In this document: one piece after another, positions 16,787 through 26,508 of the stretch | Numbering within the stretch: position 1 is the stretch's first letter | How the letters are laid out: every line of letters begins with the position of its first letter | Assembly (NCBI GenBank): GCA_022511225.1 | Contig: JAFLRZ010000007.1 | Span: forward strand, 29,283 to 93,282 | Reading direction: 5' to 3' | Origin: Eubacterium sp. | Lineage (GTDB): Bacteria > Bacillota > Clostridia > Oscillospirales > Acutalibacteraceae | Length of the DNA: 64,000 bases | Translations under genes and position numbers: made by a program | The notes under the pieces: model-generated | Database searches by the model: none | What the model saw: only the letters and a program-made list of their open reading frames with translations | What the model was told of the DNA's origin: nothing

Positions 16787-19700
16787 ATGGAAAAGAAAAA
16801 GGCTTACGTAGTTGCAACGGCTCATCTTGATACTGTATGGAGATGGGAGCTTGCAAAAACTATTGAAGAATTTATACCTGACACTCTTGCTAAAAACTTT
16901 GAGCTTTTAGAAAAATATCCTAACTACCGATTTAATTTCGAGGGTGCTTACAGATATGAAATTATCGAGCAGTATTATCCAAGAGCTTTTGAAATTATAA
17001 AGGAATACGTTGAGCAGGGCAGATGGTGCATTTCCGGTACTGCTTATGAAAGCGGTGACGTCAACATCCCATCTCCTGAATCAATATTCAGAAACCTTCT
17101 GATAGGTCACAGATACTTTATGACGAGATTCGGCAAGAGCTCAAAGGACGTATTTTTGCCGGACTGCTTCGGCTTTGGCGCTGCACTCCCTTCAATTATC
17201 AGCCACGCAGGTCTTAAGGGATTCACTACTCAGAAGCTTTCATGGGGTTGTGCTCACGGCTTGCCCTTCGACATCGGAAGATGGAAGGGTCTTGACGGCA
17301 GTGAAATTTATACATGCCTTAATGCACGCTCATACAGATACAAGTTCAGCGGTGACGTTCGCGGAGATTTAAGCATTATTAACAGAATTGCTGACAATGC
17401 AGGTAATGCACAGCTTCCGTGGGCAAATCATCTTTACGGCACAGGCGACTGGGGCGGAGCACCTACAGAAGAGAGCGTTAAGTCTGTTAATGACAGTGTT
17501 GAGGCTAATAAGAATAATCCTGACTTCGAGGTAATATCTGCAAGCAGTGATCAGGTATTTGAGGATCTTGACAAGCTTTCAAAAGCTGAAAAGGCAAAAC
17601 TTCCCGAATGGAATAACGAGCTTGTTATGACAAGCCACGGAGCAGGTGCTTATACGTCAAGAGCTATGAGCAAGCGCCTTAATAAGCAAAACGAAATAAT
17701 GGCAGATATGGCAGAAAAAGCATGCGTATTTGCAAACTGCATCGGCTGTTACCGTTATCCTAAGGAGCTTTTCAACGTTGCGTGGAAGAGAGTTGTAAGA
17801 CACCAGTTTCATGATGATATTACAGGTACGTCAAATATGGAGGTATATAATCAGAGCTGGAATGACTATTACCTTTCACTTTCGCAGTTTAAGCACGAAT
17901 ACATGGCTGCAACCAGAGGTATTATTGACGAGTTTGATACAAGCTGGGCAGATACCAACAGCAACGTCGTTATCGTAAATAATGCTACTCAGTTCAAGAG
18001 AAAAGGACTTGTAGAAATTACAATCAGAAGCAGAATTAACTGCAGTAACGTTGCCGTATTTGACAAAACAGGCAAAGAAGTACCGAGTCAGATTTGCTCA
18101 AAGCTTGGAAAGAAGCTTACCATAGCATTCATTGCTGAGATTGATCCGTTTGGCTACAGAGTATACGAAATCAAGAAGGCTGAAAAGCCATGCAGCATTG
18201 AAACAGGAGTTAAGGCTACAAACCATTCTCTTGAAAACAAACGTTACAAGCTGATTTTTAACAAGAACGGCGATATTGCTTATCTCTATGATAAAAAGCT
18301 CGGCAGGCAGATTATTGACGCACCTATTAAAATGGCACTTCTGCACGATACCGGCTCACTTGCTTATCCAAGCTGGGAAATAAGAAAAGAGGATTTAGAC
18401 AAAGAGCCTTACTGCTATGCAAACACACCGGTATTCACAGTTGTTGAAAACGGACCTGTAAGAGCTAAAATAAGAGTAGTAAGAGAGGCAGAATACTCTA
18501 CAATTTCTCAAACCGTGACGCTTAGTGCAGAATCGGATATTGTAAAGGTTGACAACGTTGTTGACTGGAAAACAAGAAGGACTATGCTCAAAGCGGTATT
18601 CCCGTTAGCTGCCCACAATGAGATTGCAAGCTACGACCTCGGTATAGGTGTTATAAAAAGAGGAAACAACACTGAAAATCTCTATGAAGTTCCTGCTCAG
18701 AACTGGGCAGATATTACCGATAAAAGCGGTGATTTCGGCGTATCAATTCTCTCCGAGTGCAAATACGGATGGGATAAGCCGAATGACAATACTCTGCGTC
18801 TTTCCTGCATACATACTCCGGTAGGTGCTTTCACAAAGGATGCAAGGCAGGATTTGCAGGATCTCGGCAGAAATATTTTCTCTTATGCGATTTATTCTCA
18901 CGAGGGCGGATTTGAAAACGGCACACAGATGCAAAGTGATTTATTCAACCATCCTATGCTTGCAGTTCAGACTGAGGACAGAAACAAGAGATCGCTTACT
19001 GATCACGAGTCATTCTGCACACTCAGCAACAACAATGCGCTTGTAAAGGCTATCAAATACAGTGAGGATATAAATGATGATATTATCATCAGAGTAAGCG
19101 AGGGCAACGGCACAGGATGCAGAAACGTAACGCTTAAAACCTTTGCCGAGCTCGAGGGTGCATTTCTGAATACTGCGCTTGAAGAGGAAATAAAACCGAT
19201 TAATTTATATAACGGCGGAATAAAATTTAATCTTAAGCCTTTTGAAACAAAGACCTTCAGGCTCAGACGCAAAAAGTTTGATCCTATTCCTAAGGAAAGA
19301 TACATCACACTTGCCGTACCGTACAATTCTTACGGCTTCACGACTGATGAGAATATGCGCAATATCATTATGCAGGGCAGTGGTTTTTCTCTCCCGAAAG
19401 AGCTTATAGGTACGCAGGAATGTTGGATTGGAGGAGTTCGCTTCAGGTACGGACGTCAGGATTTTACGCCTGCTGACGTTTGCGGTGACGTAATGATATG
19501 CCGAGGACAGGAAATAGACATACCGCAATCGGATCACAATAATTGTACTTTCGCTCCGACAAGAATGTTCTTCGTTGCAGGCTCTGTTATGGGCCCTCAG
19601 GAGATTAAGCTGAAGATTGGAAAAAAGCAGGTTCCGTTTAATATCAAGCCGATTGACGAGCCTATCAGCCGATGGGATATGGCAGGACTTAACCAGAGTG

Positions 19701-20104
19701 CTTCGGTAAATCAGAATGACGTGCCTGCGATTGTATTCTCACACACTCATCACCCTGAAGGAAACACTCCGAAAAGTGCATGCTTCTATATGTATAGTCT
19801 TAATATTACAGGCTATGACAAGGTTATATTCCCTGAAAACAACAAGGTTATCGTTCTTGCCATAACTGTTGTCAGCGAATACACAAAATCTGCACTTTCA
19901 AGTAATATTGAGGATGTTGTATCAAAGGATTATGACTTTAACAAGGATATTCCTCCTATTGATAAGCTCCTTGATAAGACAGATGCCATCACAATCCGCG
20001 CAGGTAAAATTCAGGATCAGATAAACGGCGGTAAGGGAAAAGGCTTCAAGCGTGATAACATTATTACAAATATTATTCGCTCATATACAAAAAGTGAGTG
20101 GTAA
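16787..20104 (+). CDS. GH38 alpha-mannosidase
   Basis: AHLDTVWRW Zn ligands, FLPDCFG nucleophile region, HQFHDDITG, SECKYG; no signal peptide. Confidence 0.92.
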   Translation: MEKKKAYVVATAHLDTVWRWELAKTIEEFIPDTLAKNFELLEKYPNYRFNFEGAYRYEIIEQYYPRAFEIIKEYVEQGRWCISGTAYESGDVNIPSPESIFRNLLIGHRYFMTRFGKSSKDVFLPDCFGFGAALPSIISHAGLKGFTTQKLSWGCAHGLPFDIGRWKGLDGSEIYTCLNARSYRYKFSGDVRGDLSIINRIADNAGNAQLPWANHLYGTGDWGGAPTEESVKSVNDSVEANKNNPDFEVISASSDQVFEDLDKLSKAEKAKLPEWNNELVMTSHGAGAYTSRAMSKRLNKQNEIMADMAEKACVFANCIGCYRYPKELFNVAWKRVVRHQFHDDITGTSNMEVYNQSWNDYYLSLSQFKHEYMAATRGIIDEFDTSWADTNSNVVIVNNATQFKRKGLVEITIRSRINCSNVAVFDKTGKEVPSQICSKLGKKLTIAFIAEIDPFGYRVYEIKKAEKPCSIETGVKATNHSLENKRYKLIFNKNGDIAYLYDKKLGRQIIDAPIKMALLHDTGSLAYPSWEIRKEDLDKEPYCYANTPVFTVVENGPVRAKIRVVREAEYSTISQTVTLSAESDIVKVDNVVDWKTRRTMLKAVFPLAAHNEIASYDLGIGVIKRGNNTENLYEVPAQNWADITDKSGDFGVSILSECKYGWDKPNDNTLRLSCIHTPVGAFTKDARQDLQDLGRNIFSYAIYSHEGGFENGTQMQSDLFNHPMLAVQTEDRNKRSLTDHESFCTLSNNNALVKAIKYSEDINDDIIIRVSEGNGTGCRNVTLKTFAELEGAFLNTALEEEIKPINLYNGGIKFNLKPFETKTFRLRRKKFDPIPKERYITLAVPYNSYGFTTDENMRNIIMQGSGFSLPKELIGTQECWIGGVRFRYGRQDFTPADVCGDVMICRGQEIDIPQSDHNNCTFAPTRMFFVAGSVMGPQEIKLKIGKKQVPFNIKPIDEPISRWDMAGLNQSASVNQNDVPAIVFSHTHHPEGNTPKSACFYMYSLNITGYDKVIFPENNKVIVLAITVVSEYTKSALSSNIEDVVSKDYDFNKDIPPIDKLLDKTDAITIRAGKIQDQINGGKGKGFKRDNIITNIIRSYTKSEW

Positions 20105-20134
20105 TATGCATAAATAATACATAAAAAGAGCAAG

Positions 20135-20163
20135 GTGCCGTATACAAAAAATGTATACGGCAC
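20135..20163 (+). terminator. Intrinsic terminator after GH38
   Basis: GTGCCGTATACA-N5-TGTATACGGCAC followed by TAATTTTGTTT. Confidence 0.75.
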
Positions 20164-20216
20164 TAATTTTGTTTGTAAGGCTGATATGCTTTACAGATAT
20201 TTTTTTGTGAGCAATT

Positions 20217-20336
20217 TGTGGAAAACTAAGTTAATAATGTGGAAAACTAAAAATTTTTCATATATAATTTGTGGAAATGTATGTTGAAAATGTTAAAATG
20301 TAAAGCCTTTAACTTGCATTAACAATATTTTCCACA
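20217..20336. promoter_or_regulatory. DnaA-box cluster
   Basis: TTTTCCACA at 20217-20225 (-), 20238-20246 (-) and 20328-20336 (+); one-mismatch boxes at 20270-20278 and 20282-20290. Confidence 0.6.
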
Positions 20337-20420
20337 AAAAGCGGTAACAAATATTACAATATACATATTGATAAAAAAGTCACAATTTTTATAAATATAT
20401 GAAAAAAGGTGCTGCGCACG

Positions 20421-20455
20421 CGAAGCAATGATCGCATCGCTCCCTACAGAAATTC
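20421..20455 (-). repeat. GTAG-type REP-like palindrome, copy 1
   Basis: GTAG-GGAGCGATG-CGAT-CATTGCTTC on minus; 29/35 identical to 45086-45120. Confidence 0.65.
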
Positions 20456-20500
20456 TATTTAATTCAATTTCAAAGTGCGTGTGCGCTTTTCGAAAATTAA

Positions 20501-20523
20501 AAGGGATGACGTTGTCATCCCTT
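20501..20523 (-). terminator. ftsZ terminator
   Basis: AAGGGATGAC-N3-GTCATCCCTT followed by TTTAATTTT on minus. Confidence 0.8.
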
Positions 20524-20531
20524 AATTCTTA

Positions 20532-21650
20532 TTATTTCTTGAAGAAGCTTACAATCTGGTCGAAATCGCTGTCATCAGTATTTGTGAATGCTGACGGAGC
20601 AGAAGCTGTAGGAGCTGCTAACGGAGAGATTGGTTCAGGAGGAGCAACCTCATTCTGAGCAGTTATAGACTTAATCTGTCCGTTTGGTCCCTCTTCGCCA
20701 AAGCGTGTAGCGATAACTGTAATAATCATCTCATCCTCAAGGTTTTCATCGAAATTAGCACCCCAGATGATTTCACAATCAGGATGAACAGCATTTGTAA
20801 CGATTGTTGATGCTGAATCAATCTCTTCAAGACCAATATCTGTTGAAGCAGTAATATTAAGGAGTATTCCGTGAGCACCGTCAATTGACGTGTTAAGAAG
20901 AGGAGAAGAAATAGCCGCTCTTGCTGCAAGCTCTGCCTTATCCTTACCCTTAGCACGACCTACACCCATATGAGCATAGCCTGCATCCTTCATAATCTCT
21001 GTAACGTCAGCAAAGTCTGAGTTTACAAGACCTGTTGCATTTACGAGATCTGATATTGACTGAACACCCATACGAAGAACGTCGTTTGCAACCTCAAATG
21101 CGTTAAGAAGAGTAATCTTCTCTGTTGCAACTTCCTTAAGTCTTTCGTTTGGAATAACAATTATTGAGTCTACACAAGATGAAAGCTCTTTAATGCCTTC
21201 AGTTGCCTGTGTCATTCTGCGCTTACCCTCAAAAGCAAACGGTGTAGTAACAACACCAACTGTAAGTATACCCATTTCTTTTGCAAGCTTTGCAACGTAT
21301 GGTGCAGCACCAGTACCTGTACCGCCGCCCATACCGGCAGTAATGAATACCATATCAGCGCCTGTAAGTACTCCGGTGATATCTTCCTTGCTTTCCTCAG
21401 CAGCCTTAGCACCAAGCTCAGGCTTAGCACCTGCGCCCATTCCCTTAGTTACTCTTTCACCGATAAGTATTTTCTCAGTTGCAGTTGACTTAGTAAGTGC
21501 CGGCTTATCAGAATTTATAGCGATAAACTCAACATCCTGAATATTGCAATGTACCATACGGTTAACGGCATTTCCACCGCCGCCGCCGACACCAACAACT
21601 TTTATACGTACTACCTTTGAATCTTCTGTGTCAAATTCTAAATTTCCCAT
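20532..21650 (-). CDS. ftsZ: Cell division protein FtsZ
   Basis: [20 protein letters not shown] tubulin motif, NSDFAD. Confidence 0.98.
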   Translation of the reverse strand: MGNLEFDTEDSKVVRIKVVGVGGGGGNAVNRMVHCNIQDVEFIAINSDKPALTKSTATEKILIGERVTKGMGAGAKPELGAKAAEESKEDITGVLTGADMVFITAGMGGGTGTGAAPYVAKLAKEMGILTVGVVTTPFAFEGKRRMTQATEGIKELSSCVDSIIVIPNERLKEVATEKITLLNAFEVANDVLRMGVQSISDLVNATGLVNSDFADVTEIMKDAGYAHMGVGRAKGKDKAELAARAAISSPLLNTSIDGAHGILLNITASTDIGLEEIDSASTIVTNAVHPDCEIIWGANFDENLEDEMIITVIATRFGEEGPNGQIKSITAQNEVAPPEPISPLAAPTASAPSAFTNTDDSDFDQIVSFFKK

Positions 21651-21870
21651 ACCTTAATTCTCCTTAATTTTATTTCCTAAATCGCTCTCGATTTGTTACA
21701 TTTTACATTGTAACTCTTTTGTAACTAATTTGCAATACTTTTTTTCAATATTCTACGATTCTTTTCACAATCTTTTGTAAATTTTTGTATTAATTATTTG
21801 TTAAACTTGCACAATGTCAAGTTAGCAAAATTACATTCGTCAAGTAATTTGCTTTACAGTGTTTGTAACC

Positions 21871-22842
21871 TTATTCTTCTGTAAAGTATAATTGCTTGTC
21901 ACCTGTTATGTTCATTTCACCCTTAGCGTTAGGATTCGATTCGTTAAGCTTTTCGCACGCTGCACAGCCCTGATACAGCTTCTTTTCAAGCTTGTCGCAG
22001 TTGCCAAGCTTGAATGTAATTCTGTTGTCGTATACAACGTAGTTATCGCTGAGTCCTTTGGAATAAATTGCCGTGATTTCGTCAATACCTTCCGCCTTTA
22101 CGGTATTACAAAGGGTCTTAAGGCAGTCCTGAATCTTTTCGTTTTTAAACGCGATTGGGTATCCTGCCTTAGCCTTTTTTATATCAGCCTCTTTAATTCT
22201 GATTCCTGATGATTTCTTTGCTTTTGTTTCAAGCACCTTGAAATTGTCATCAAGCAGTATATATGTCTTATCCTTATTTTTTATAGAGTATGAAGGCTCG
22301 GCATCTGTAATATTTATTTCTATAGTACTTGGCAGCTTCTTTTTGAAGTTTACACTGTAAACGTACGGGAGGTTTTTTTGCAGATAGTCGCCTGCCTTAT
22401 CAAAATCGCTTAAGAACATTCTGTCGCCCAGCTTTACGGTCAGGCTGTCTACTACCTCTTCTTTACTGTACTTCTCCGTTCCCTTTACAGTAAATTCTGT
22501 TATATTGAAAAACGACGTAAGCGAAATAGCCAATACGGCTGATACTGTTAATATTGCTACTAAAACGGAAATAACAATCCTTCGAAGCTTATTTTTCTGC
22601 TTACGTTTTTTAGTTTGCTTTGTTCGTTTTTGGGCAGTAGTTATATGCTTCTCTTTCTGCCCTCTTGCGCTTTCCTTTTTTATGCGCTCCTGCTCAATTT
22701 TTCTCTGAGATTCGCGGTATATTTTCGGTGGCTCCAAGCCAAAGTCGTTAAGATTTGATGAGTTATCGGAATATCGTCTTTGCTCAGGAGCAGATTTTTT
22801 CACATTCCTTGATGCTCTCGTCTTTTTCTCTTTCTTCATCAT
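21871..22842 (-). CDS. ftsQ: Cell division protein FtsQ/DivIB
   Basis: Basic N-terminus, one TM, POTRA-like LPYV...KKKLPSTIEINI; directly upstream of ftsZ. Confidence 0.8.
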   Translation of the reverse strand: MMKKEKKTRASRNVKKSAPEQRRYSDNSSNLNDFGLEPPKIYRESQRKIEQERIKKESARGQKEKHITTAQKRTKQTKKRKQKNKLRRIVISVLVAILTVSAVLAISLTSFFNITEFTVKGTEKYSKEEVVDSLTVKLGDRMFLSDFDKAGDYLQKNLPYVYSVNFKKKLPSTIEINITDAEPSYSIKNKDKTYILLDDNFKVLETKAKKSSGIRIKEADIKKAKAGYPIAFKNEKIQDCLKTLCNTVKAEGIDEITAIYSKGLSDNYVVYDNRITFKLGNCDKLEKKLYQGCAACEKLNESNPNAKGEMNITGDKQLYFTEE

Positions 22843-24088
22843 TTATCCTCTTGATGTCAGCATTAAGACCTGAAAAGCTTTTTTCAAGTGCTTCATAGCC
22901 TCTGTCTATAAAGTTGATATTATATATTTTTGATGTACCCTGAGCCGCTAATGCACCGACAATCAGCGCAGCGCCGCCTCTTAAATCAGTGGCAAAAACG
23001 TCTGCGCACTGTAGCTGTCTGACGCCGTTAATAAGGGCAAGGTTGTCGTTTATTTCAATATCTGCGCCGAAGCGGTTAAGCTCACTTACGTAGCGGAAAC
23101 GATTTTCAAAAATTGTTTCCTTAATGCAAGACGTTCCTCTTGCTGTTGTTAACGCTGCTACGAGCGGTGACTGTGAATCTGTAGGAAAGCCGGGGAAAGG
23201 AAGCGTTGTCACCTTTCTTACTCGTTTTAATCTTTTAGGAGCAACAATTCGAAGCCTGCGGTTGTCGAGATAAAGTCTGCAACCCATTTCATTAAAATAT
23301 GGAAAGACAGGGGCAAGATGAGTAGGCTTCACGTCATCAATAATTATATCCCCTGCTGTTGCCGCACAGGCACTCATATAGGTTGAGGCAAGGATTCTGT
23401 CGGGAATAATAGTATGCTCGCCTGAGTGAAGAGCCTTTACTCCGTTAATTTGAACCTCACCGTTTGAGACGATTACGCTTCCTCCGCAGGAATTGATAAA
23501 ATCTGCGAGGTCCTGAATTTCAGGCTCTCTGGCAGCATTTACAATGATTGTAGTTCCCTCCTGAAGTACGGAATAAAGAATAATATTTTCTGTTGCTCCT
23601 ACGCTTGCAAACGGAAGAATTATCCTTTTACACTGTGGATTTTTTACCGTACAAGAGAGATATGAGCCGTTTTCGTTAAAGCATGCGCCAAGCTCCATTA
23701 AAGCATTCAAATGCATATCAATAGGTCTTGTGCCTATTTCGCAACCACCCGGAAGATAAAGATCTGCCTTGCCGAGTCTGCCCAAAAGACTGCCGAGAAA
23801 CAGAATAGACGAGCGCATTTTGCGCATTGAGCTCTCATCTATATAACATTTATTAACGTCAGCAGCATCAATTATAACCGTGCTGCCATTCTGCTCAACC
23901 GAGCAGCCGAGTGATTTTAATATTTCCAGTGTTTTTCTGACGTCGCTTAAATCTGGACAATTATGTATAACGCATTGACCTTTAACAAGCACTGCGGCTG
24001 TTAAAATGGGAAGTGCAGAATTCTTTGCACCGTGAAGTCTTACCTCGCCATTAAGGCTATTACCGCCTGTAATTTCAAAATAATTCAC
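22784..24088 (-). CDS. murA: UDP-N-acetylglucosamine 1-carboxyvinyltransferase
   Basis: GAKNSALP, LPGGCEIGTRPID (catalytic Cys present), PFPGFPTD, IDRGYE. Confidence 0.95.
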   Translation of the reverse strand: MNYFEITGGNSLNGEVRLHGAKNSALPILTAAVLVKGQCVIHNCPDLSDVRKTLEILKSLGCSVEQNGSTVIIDAADVNKCYIDESSMRKMRSSILFLGSLLGRLGKADLYLPGGCEIGTRPIDMHLNALMELGACFNENGSYLSCTVKNPQCKRIILPFASVGATENIILYSVLQEGTTIIVNAAREPEIQDLADFINSCGGSVIVSNGEVQINGVKALHSGEHTIIPDRILASTYMSACAATAGDIIIDDVKPTHLAPVFPYFNEMGCRLYLDNRRLRIVAPKRLKRVRKVTTLPFPGFPTDSQSPLVAALTTARGTSCIKETIFENRFRYVSELNRFGADIEINDNLALINGVRQLQCADVFATDLRGGAALIVGALAAQGTSKIYNINFIDRGYEALEKSFSGLNADIKRINDEEREKDESIKECEKICS

Positions 24089-24130
24089 CTTATCACCTCT
24101 GCACTATCATATGCAGAGGTTTATTTTTTG

Positions 24131-25249
24131 TTATTTTGAAAGAGAAAGAATTATCTCGGCAATGCGCTCTCTTGCGTTTACTATTGCCATTGATTTTGCA
24201 TTGTGCTCAATAGTTTTAAGCTTATTATCATCAGACAGAAGCTCGTCAATTTTCTCTTTAAGGCTTTGTGACGTCAAATTCTTTTCCTCAATAACAAAGC
24301 CTGCATTACGGTTAACGAGAGCCATGGCATTATGGTACTGATGATTTTCTGCAACATATGGAGAAGGAATGAGAATCGACGCCTTGCCCATAGCCTCAAT
24401 TTCTGAAAGCGATGATGCACCTGCTCTTCCGATAACTAAATCGGCAGCCGCCATACATACGTCCATATTGTCTATGTACTGTCTTACCTCAACAGTGCCT
24501 TTTTTTTCGTTTACAAAGCCTTCGGCATTAAACTTTTCAAGATATTCACTTCCGTTAGTTCCTACTGAATGGATGTGATAATACTTACCGTTTTCTGCGC
24601 TATCAAGAAGAATACTATACATAGCTTCGTTAAGAGGTGCAGCTCCGAGTGAGCCGCCAAAGGAGAGCACAAGCTTTGCATTATCAGGGATTCCTAACTC
24701 TGCCCTTGCCATTTCTCTGTCAGCCTTAAGCAGCTCGCCGCGAACGGGAAGTCCTGTTACAGTAACCTCATTTTTAGGGTCTAAATGTTTTGCGGCATCC
24801 TCAACTGTAAGCATTACTCTGTCAACCTCTTTAGCAAGAGTTTTATTCGTAATGCCGGGGAAAGCGTTTTGCTCGTGAATACAGGTTGGTATGCCGAGCT
24901 TTACTGCCGTCTGAAGCACAGGTCCTGACACGTATCCGCCAAAGCCTACTACAACGTCAGGCTGAAATTCCCTGATGATTTTTTTGCTCTCGCCTGATGA
25001 TTTTATCAGCCTTGAAACAGTTTTTATATTATGCTTGATTGCTGACGGCGAAAACGAACGCCTGAAGCCTGATATTTCTATTGTCTTAAATTCAAAGCCT
25101 GCTGCCGGCACGAGCCTTGCTTCCATATGGTCTTCTGTTCCGATAAAAAGGATTTGTGCATCCTTATTTGTTTCTCTGATATATGATGCCACTGCAAGAG
25201 CAGGATTGATATGACCTGCAGTGCCACCTGTTGCAAATAAAATTTTCAT
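24131..25249 (-). CDS. murG: Undecaprenyl-PP-MurNAc-pentapeptide GlcNAc transferase
   Basis: GGTAGHINP, GFGGYVS, HEQNAFPG, GGSLGA, RAGASS. Confidence 0.97.
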   Translation of the reverse strand: MKILFATGGTAGHINPALAVASYIRETNKDAQILFIGTEDHMEARLVPAAGFEFKTIEISGFRRSFSPSAIKHNIKTVSRLIKSSGESKKIIREFQPDVVVGFGGYVSGPVLQTAVKLGIPTCIHEQNAFPGITNKTLAKEVDRVMLTVEDAAKHLDPKNEVTVTGLPVRGELLKADREMARAELGIPDNAKLVLSFGGSLGAAPLNEAMYSILLDSAENGKYYHIHSVGTNGSEYLEKFNAEGFVNEKKGTVEVRQYIDNMDVCMAAADLVIGRAGASSLSEIEAMGKASILIPSPYVAENHQYHNAMALVNRNAGFVIEEKNLTSQSLKEKIDELLSDDNKLKTIEHNAKSMAIVNARERIAEIILSLSK

Positions 25250-25253
25250 ATTC

Positions 25254-26471
25254 CTACACTCTCTTCTGACTTGCTTTTCTTGAAACAGAAAGCACTACTC
25301 CAACCTCGAACAGAAGCATCAGCATTGCCGTACCTCCGTAGGAGAAAAACGGAAGTGCTATTCCTGTATTTGGAATTGTGTCCGTAACTACAAGGATGTT
25401 AAGTATAACCTGAATACCTATCTGACTTACGACGCCGATTACAAGAAGTGCGCCGAATCTGTCTGTAGCCTTCTGTGCAATTTTAATTCCGCGATAAACG
25501 AGCAGACCGAAAAGAATAATTATAGCTGCCGCTCCGAGGAATCCAAGCTCTTCGCATACAATTGAAAAGATAAAGTCATTCTGCGGTTCTGAAACGTATA
25601 AATACTTCTGCTTGGAATTGCCGAGTCCTACGCCTGTAAATCCTCCCGAACCGATTGCATAAAGCGAATTATTCGTCTGCCATCGCATATCATCAGGAGA
25701 GAATTTCTTGTCTGTCCACGAAATAATCCTTTCGCGTGCATATTGGCTTGGTATAATTTCGGGGTTTAGCACAACCAGTACCACAGCAATAATCAGCACT
25801 GCTAAACCAAAAGCATAAAGATATCTGTTAGTACCGCCTACATACATCATTGCGGCGCCTAATAAAAACATAAGAATTGTACACGACAGATGGTGCTCAA
25901 GAACTATAAAGATACAGAATACCCCGAGTATGATAAGCGGGAAAGCTATTCCGTAGAGCAGTGTTTTCATCTTGCTGTAAAATTTATTTATATATATGGC
26001 AAATACAAGTATCAACGTAAACTTTGCAACATCCGACGGCTGAAACTGAATGGGTCCTATCTGTATCCAGCGTTTGAATGCTTCGCCTGTATCGGAAACA
26101 ACAGTAGCAGGTATTATCAATACAATTGCAAGAAGTATAAATGTTATCGGAACAAGTATAAGTGCTCCGACCTTAAGCCATTTATAATTTATCTTTGACA
26201 TTATAAACATTACTACAATGCCTGCTGCAGCAAAAATCAGCTGTCTGTTGATAAAATAGTATGAATTATAATTCTGCCTTGCATATGCATAAGGATATGA
26301 GGCTGAAAAGAGCATAATAAGACCTATGGTCAAAAGTGCAATTGTTATAGCTAAAAAAGGTATATCCATACTGCCTGTTATTAAAAAATCACCCTTCAGG
26401 CTTCTGTCATCCTTGGTTTTAGCCCTGATGATATTAGAATGGCGTGCTTCACTATTTGCACCGTTTTGCAT
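25254..26471 (-). CDS. ftsW: SEDS family protein FtsW/SpoVE
   Basis: RWIQIGPIQFQPSD, GLGNSKQKYLYVSEPQNDFIFSIVCEELG, LPFFSYGG. Confidence 0.93.
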   Translation of the reverse strand: MQNGANSEARHSNIIRAKTKDDRSLKGDFLITGSMDIPFLAITIALLTIGLIMLFSASYPYAYARQNYNSYYFINRQLIFAAAGIVVMFIMSKINYKWLKVGALILVPITFILLAIVLIIPATVVSDTGEAFKRWIQIGPIQFQPSDVAKFTLILVFAIYINKFYSKMKTLLYGIAFPLIILGVFCIFIVLEHHLSCTILMFLLGAAMMYVGGTNRYLYAFGLAVLIIAVVLVVLNPEIIPSQYARERIISWTDKKFSPDDMRWQTNNSLYAIGSGGFTGVGLGNSKQKYLYVSEPQNDFIFSIVCEELGFLGAAAIIILFGLLVYRGIKIAQKATDRFGALLVIGVVSQIGIQVILNILVVTDTIPNTGIALPFFSYGGTAMLMLLFEVGVVLSVSRKASQKRV

Positions 26472-26508
26472 TATATCATACTCCTTTCCTCATATTTTTT
26501 GTTTCTGT

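Noticed and set aside
20206-20400. Replication origin (oriC)
   Set aside because: No dnaA, dnaN or gyrB nearby, no change in gene-strand bias across the site, and no DnaA-trio run recognised.
20368-20525. Small RNA transcribed from TTGATA-16-TATAAA toward the ftsZ terminator
   Set aside because: The -10 box lacks the conserved final T and the spacing is suboptimal; the structure is explained by the REP and terminator. It would need RNA-seq support.
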